This document shows positions 60,958 through 64,000 of a stretch of DNA of 64,000 bases, in pieces. A program made the translations under genes and the position numbers. The stretch's first letter is position 1. Every line of letters begins with the position of its first letter. The stretch is from Candidatus Poribacteria bacterium. Its GTDB lineage: Bacteria > Poribacteria > WGA-4E > PCPOR2b. The stretch spans positions 1,668,720 to 1,732,719 of the forward strand of contig OZ244587.1 in assembly GCA_965218095.1 (NCBI GenBank), given 5' to 3'. The notes below the pieces were generated by a model that saw only the letters and a list, made by a program, of their open reading frames with translations, was not told where the DNA came from and made no database searches.

Positions 60958-62702
60958 TAACCCAAGTTGCTAGGTTCTGTTGACATTTCAAGGGAGCCAT
61001 ATAAGAGTGGAGACAAAGCTGAGAAATCCAAAATAACGGACAGCTAGCTTCTCAAACCGAGAGAAGATACGACGATACCATTTTATCTTGTTGATGAAAC
61101 ATTCAACCCGATGTCTCTCTTTGTATAAGTGTTTGTCATACATTCTTTGGTCAACACGATGACTTTTTGGCGGTATCACCGCAATTGCTCCATTCGCCTC
61201 AATAACCGCGATAAAAGCGTCCGAATCGTACCCCTTGTCTCCAATCACATATTCACTGTTATATCCGATTATCAACCCTTCCGCCTCAGTTATGTCATGT
61301 CTCTGACCGGGGGTCAGATGAATTCTTAGGGGATTGCCTAGTCCGTCAACTGTGATGTGATTTTTTGTACTGAAACCGCCCCGAGAGCGACCTAATGCTT
61401 GGTTTTCAGTGCCACCCTTTTTTTTAAGGTGCCCGCCGCAGACGGGTGAGCGCGGCAGATGGTACTGTCCACAATAAGCGACTCGATATCGGGGTCAGAG
61501 GCGAAGTGGTGGTGCATCTGTGTGAAGCCCCCTTTGTCGCACCATCGAGCAAACCGCTTGTAGCGGGTGTTCCATTTGCCATAGGTGTCTGGTAGAATCC
61601 GCCATTGAGCCCCACTACGAGTCACCCACAGGACGGCTTCGACGAAGCGGCGTGTAGCAGCTTCGTCGCCAACATAGATGGTGGGACAGCTTAGAAGAAA
61701 CCGGTATATCTTATTCCATTGTTCATCAGGTAAGGTTATTGGCGTCATTCTTCTATTATGCCACAACCTTATACTCAAATGTCAACAGAACCTAGTAATT
61801 GAAAATCCATGGGTTTTCCGTTAAAGTAGAGGTAATCCAAACCATAATACCTCAAAGGAGAAACCCATGGACATCCAAATTGCAACCATTTTCTATCTCT
61901 GTGACAAGCGCTTAGAAGCACTCAACTCAAAACCACACCCACAAACGCAGATGTCTGATGCCGAAGTGATGACCACCGGCATCGTCGCTGCGTTGTTCTT
62001 CGGGGCAAACTTGCAAACCACTTGTGACTTTCTAAAGACTCATGGCTATATACCCAAGATGCTTTCAAAAAGTCGATTAAACCGATGTTCACCACATTGT
62101 TCAAAATCTTGGGACGAAGCTATGTGCAACTTAATCAACAGAAAATCTATGCACTGGATACCATACCAATTGCTGTTTGTTCCGCATTCGTCGGTCAAAA
62201 ATCTACACCGATAAGGCATATCGAGGCTATCAAGCGTCCAAACGTCGGTATTTCTATGGCTTGAAAGTTCATCTGCTAGTGACTGCGAGTCGACACCCTG
62301 TTGAATTTTTTGTGACCCCAGCCAGTACAGGGGACGTTGAAGGGTTACAGTGGTTTGACTTCAACTTGCCACCGGGCTATGGTGACAAAGCATACAATAA
62401 TTATGAGATAGAAGATATTGTTACATCAGTCGGAGTCGAATTAAAGCCAGTACGCAAGAAGAATTCCAAGCGGCTGTATCCACCATGGGAGACCTACTTG
62501 GCTAATTACCATCGTAAGTCTGTTGAGACGGCTGGCAGTTTGATTAACAAACTGCTTCCACGTTCAATCCATGCAGTAACGCAACACGGATTTGAATTGA
62601 AAGTGGTCTTGTTTGTATTGGCTAGCAGTATCAATCAGCTCTGAGTTCACTCACATATTCAGTTCACTCACATATTCGATGAATAGGTCGCAACTTGGGT
62701 TA
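60958..62702 (+). mobile_element. IS982-family insertion sequence, copy 2 (degenerate), carrying a nested IS427-like insertion
   Basis: Same 13-bp inverted repeat as copy 1 (60958-70 and 62690-62702). Transposase ORFs at 61867-62214 and 62177-62644. A 22-bp deletion relative to copy 1. Confidence 0.75.
60973..61792 (-). mobile_element. IS5-family (IS427-group) insertion sequence, copy 2, 820 bp, nested 13 bp inside the IS982-like end
   Basis: Same 12-bp inverted repeat as copy 1. A TA duplication in CTAG (60971-72 and 61793-94). OrfA at 61392-61778. OrfB is degraded (only 60988-61275 remains open). Confidence 0.8.
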
Positions 62703-63259
62703 ATACTACCGAAATATACCAAGTCCGGATGCGGGGCTTTGGGCTCGTCGAGCACCTCGTACGGCCTCTTGCCGGACAGGTGGCTGCTAGGCACTACGCG
62801 CGTTGGGCCGTTGTCCTCAGTGAAGTTCATCAGCGGCCACATCGAGTTACAGAAGTAGAATGCACCTGCAGCATCCTTGGCGCAGCCATCCGTATGCAGG
62901 TCCTAGTTCTCATCGGCGGGCGGCCAGTGGGGACCTGATGCGTGGACTCCCATCGAAAAGAACTCCACTTGAAACACATGGGCCACCGCAGCCAACACGC
63001 GCAGACGAGTCAAACAGACGTCGTACACGTCCGACCTGCACTTGTTCTGCGTGTTCTCGACTGTGGTCGGCGCGCCCTCCTGGCCCGTTCGTTCGAGCTC
63101 CCACAACTGCTCGTTTGCCGCGAGTATCCGCGCCGCTTGTTCGCGTGTGTAGATGCCTTCTAGCGGCAAATAACCGTCCCGGTCTAACTTTTCCTTCTCC
63201 GTAATGGTGAGTGTGTCATCACGAACGCCCAATTCATATAGTGCTTGCCAGAACTCCAT
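62703..63259 (-). pseudogene. PhyH-family gene with an in-frame TAG (62900-62902), 3'-truncated by the IS982-like copy 2
   Basis: MEFWQALYELGVRDDTLTITEKEKLDRDGYLPLEGIY...PPADEN*DLHTDG...GPTRVVPSSHL... runs straight into the IS inverted repeat. Confidence 0.65.
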
Positions 63260-63414
63260 CGTCTGTTCTCCTCGGGCCTTATGCCCAGATTAAGCATACC
63301 TTCTGTATCGGTATTCCTATCGAACAAATTTCTAAAACCCGATACGATAGAAAGCAAAATGATACGAGTTTTTCACTTAAAGCGCAATTACGCCGAGCCT
63401 GTCCCGATTTATCG

Positions 63415-63525
63415 GGATCGAGTAGGAGTTTACGACATATCAAGACTAATCATACCAACGCTCACGTGGTTTCGATACGTTTCGCTACTCAACCGACGTT
63501 CGCTAACTGAAAAACTCGTAAAATG
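63415..63525. repeat. about 150-bp non-coding repeat, copy B (partner at 1085-1235)
   Basis: See copy A. Confidence 0.5.
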
Positions 63526-63765
63526 ACTATATCACGACCCATAAACCGAGTCAAGCGTAAAATCGCAGAAATTTCCAAAGCGTTTGACAGATAAGCCGAC
63601 TTCACCCCAACAAAGCGCACTTGAGATCTCTTTAGGAAATTCACACAGATACCAATTCGGATCTAAGGGTACGACTTTTTCAGTTATGGCAGGATCTCAA
63701 TCCATCATTTCAAACCCAAACAGGTATATAAGTGAAAAACTCGTATTGGGATGGTGATTCGGTCG

Positions 63766-64000
63766 CTATTCTGGCAAAGTCCCCTCGATCTGATCCACGA
63801 GATGAATCGAATGAATCACGTCGCGGAGATCACTGGTCGGGACTTTTTTGTTACGCACGCAGTCCAGGAAATGTTCGTGCATCGTCAGGGTGCCGTCATA
63901 CCGACGCGCATCCTGCTCATCCACGCCATCAACCTCCCAGCCGCCCATTGTATGGCTCTGGTCATCCTCATAGATTTCGATCTCCTGTGGGATTTTCATG
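63766..64000 (-). CDS. C-terminal part of a Gfo/Idh/MocA-family oxidoreductase; the 5' end is beyond the window
   Basis: ...TMHEHFLDCVRNKKVPTSDLRDVIHSIHLVDQIEGTLPE. Confidence 0.45.
   Translation of the reverse strand, partial: MKIPQEIEIYEDDQSHTMGGWEVDGVDEQDARRYDGTLTMHEHFLDCVRNKKVPTSDLRDVIHSIHLVDQIEGTLPE

Noticed and set aside
20366-63259. Stop-codon reassignment as an explanation for in-frame TAG/TAA in several genes
   Set aside because: TAA, TAG and TGA each terminate clearly intact genes in this window, and the affected genes also carry frameshifts or IS truncations. Ordinary pseudogenisation is the simpler explanation.

Overview
This 64-kb window is an accessory, visibly decaying stretch of a bacterial chromosome. 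Coding density is about 85% and GC about 52%, except for a GC-rich block of about 60% at 52.4-55.7 kb. No rRNA, tRNA or CRISPR array was found.

Main content:
- Two giant mosaic secreted metalloproteases of 1210 aa and 1346 aa. Both end in a type-A T9SS C-terminal sorting domain (Por_Secre_tail-like, NPFNPETWIPY...YFYQL...KMVI[VL]K) and both carry a dockerin-like Ca-binding module. One also carries 7 WD40 blades and about 9 internalin-like LRRs, with near-identical tandem coding repeats.
- A frameshifted LRR-dockerin gene and an orphan T9SS C-terminal-domain fragment.
- Five IS copies from four families: one partial IS1595/ISXO2-like, two IS5/IS427-group copies with TA duplications in CTAG targets, two degenerate IS982-family copies (one hosting a nested IS427-like element), and one IS4/IS5-like element with a 7-bp target duplication.
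- A 225-bp MITE-like structured repeat that brackets the 1210-aa protease gene.
- A copper-resistance islet: Tat multicopper oxidase, CusC-like outer-membrane protein, His-rich lipoprotein, and a CusA remnant.
- A Rieske/cytochrome b operon with an FMN-binding protein.
- An ABC-2 transporter, an ECF sigma factor and a zf-HC2 anti-sigma factor.
- A NifS/Mrp/GlcD-like block.
- A metal-uptake-like trio (small membrane protein, His/Asp-rich lipoprotein, TonB receptor) driven by a duplicated consensus sigma70 promoter.
- Carbohydrate-modifying enzymes: GH127-like, ThuA, three Gfo/Idh/MocA, an SDR epimerase, and a PhyH family expansion of 2 intact copies plus at least 2 remnants.
- At least 10 pseudogenes or gene remnants with frameshifts, nonsense codons or IS truncations.

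The combination of eukaryote-like repeat proteins, dockerins, T9SS cargo, IS proliferation and pseudogene load is what one sees in host-associated uncultivated lineages. The taxonomic guess (for example a sponge-symbiont-like candidate phylum) is an inference only.
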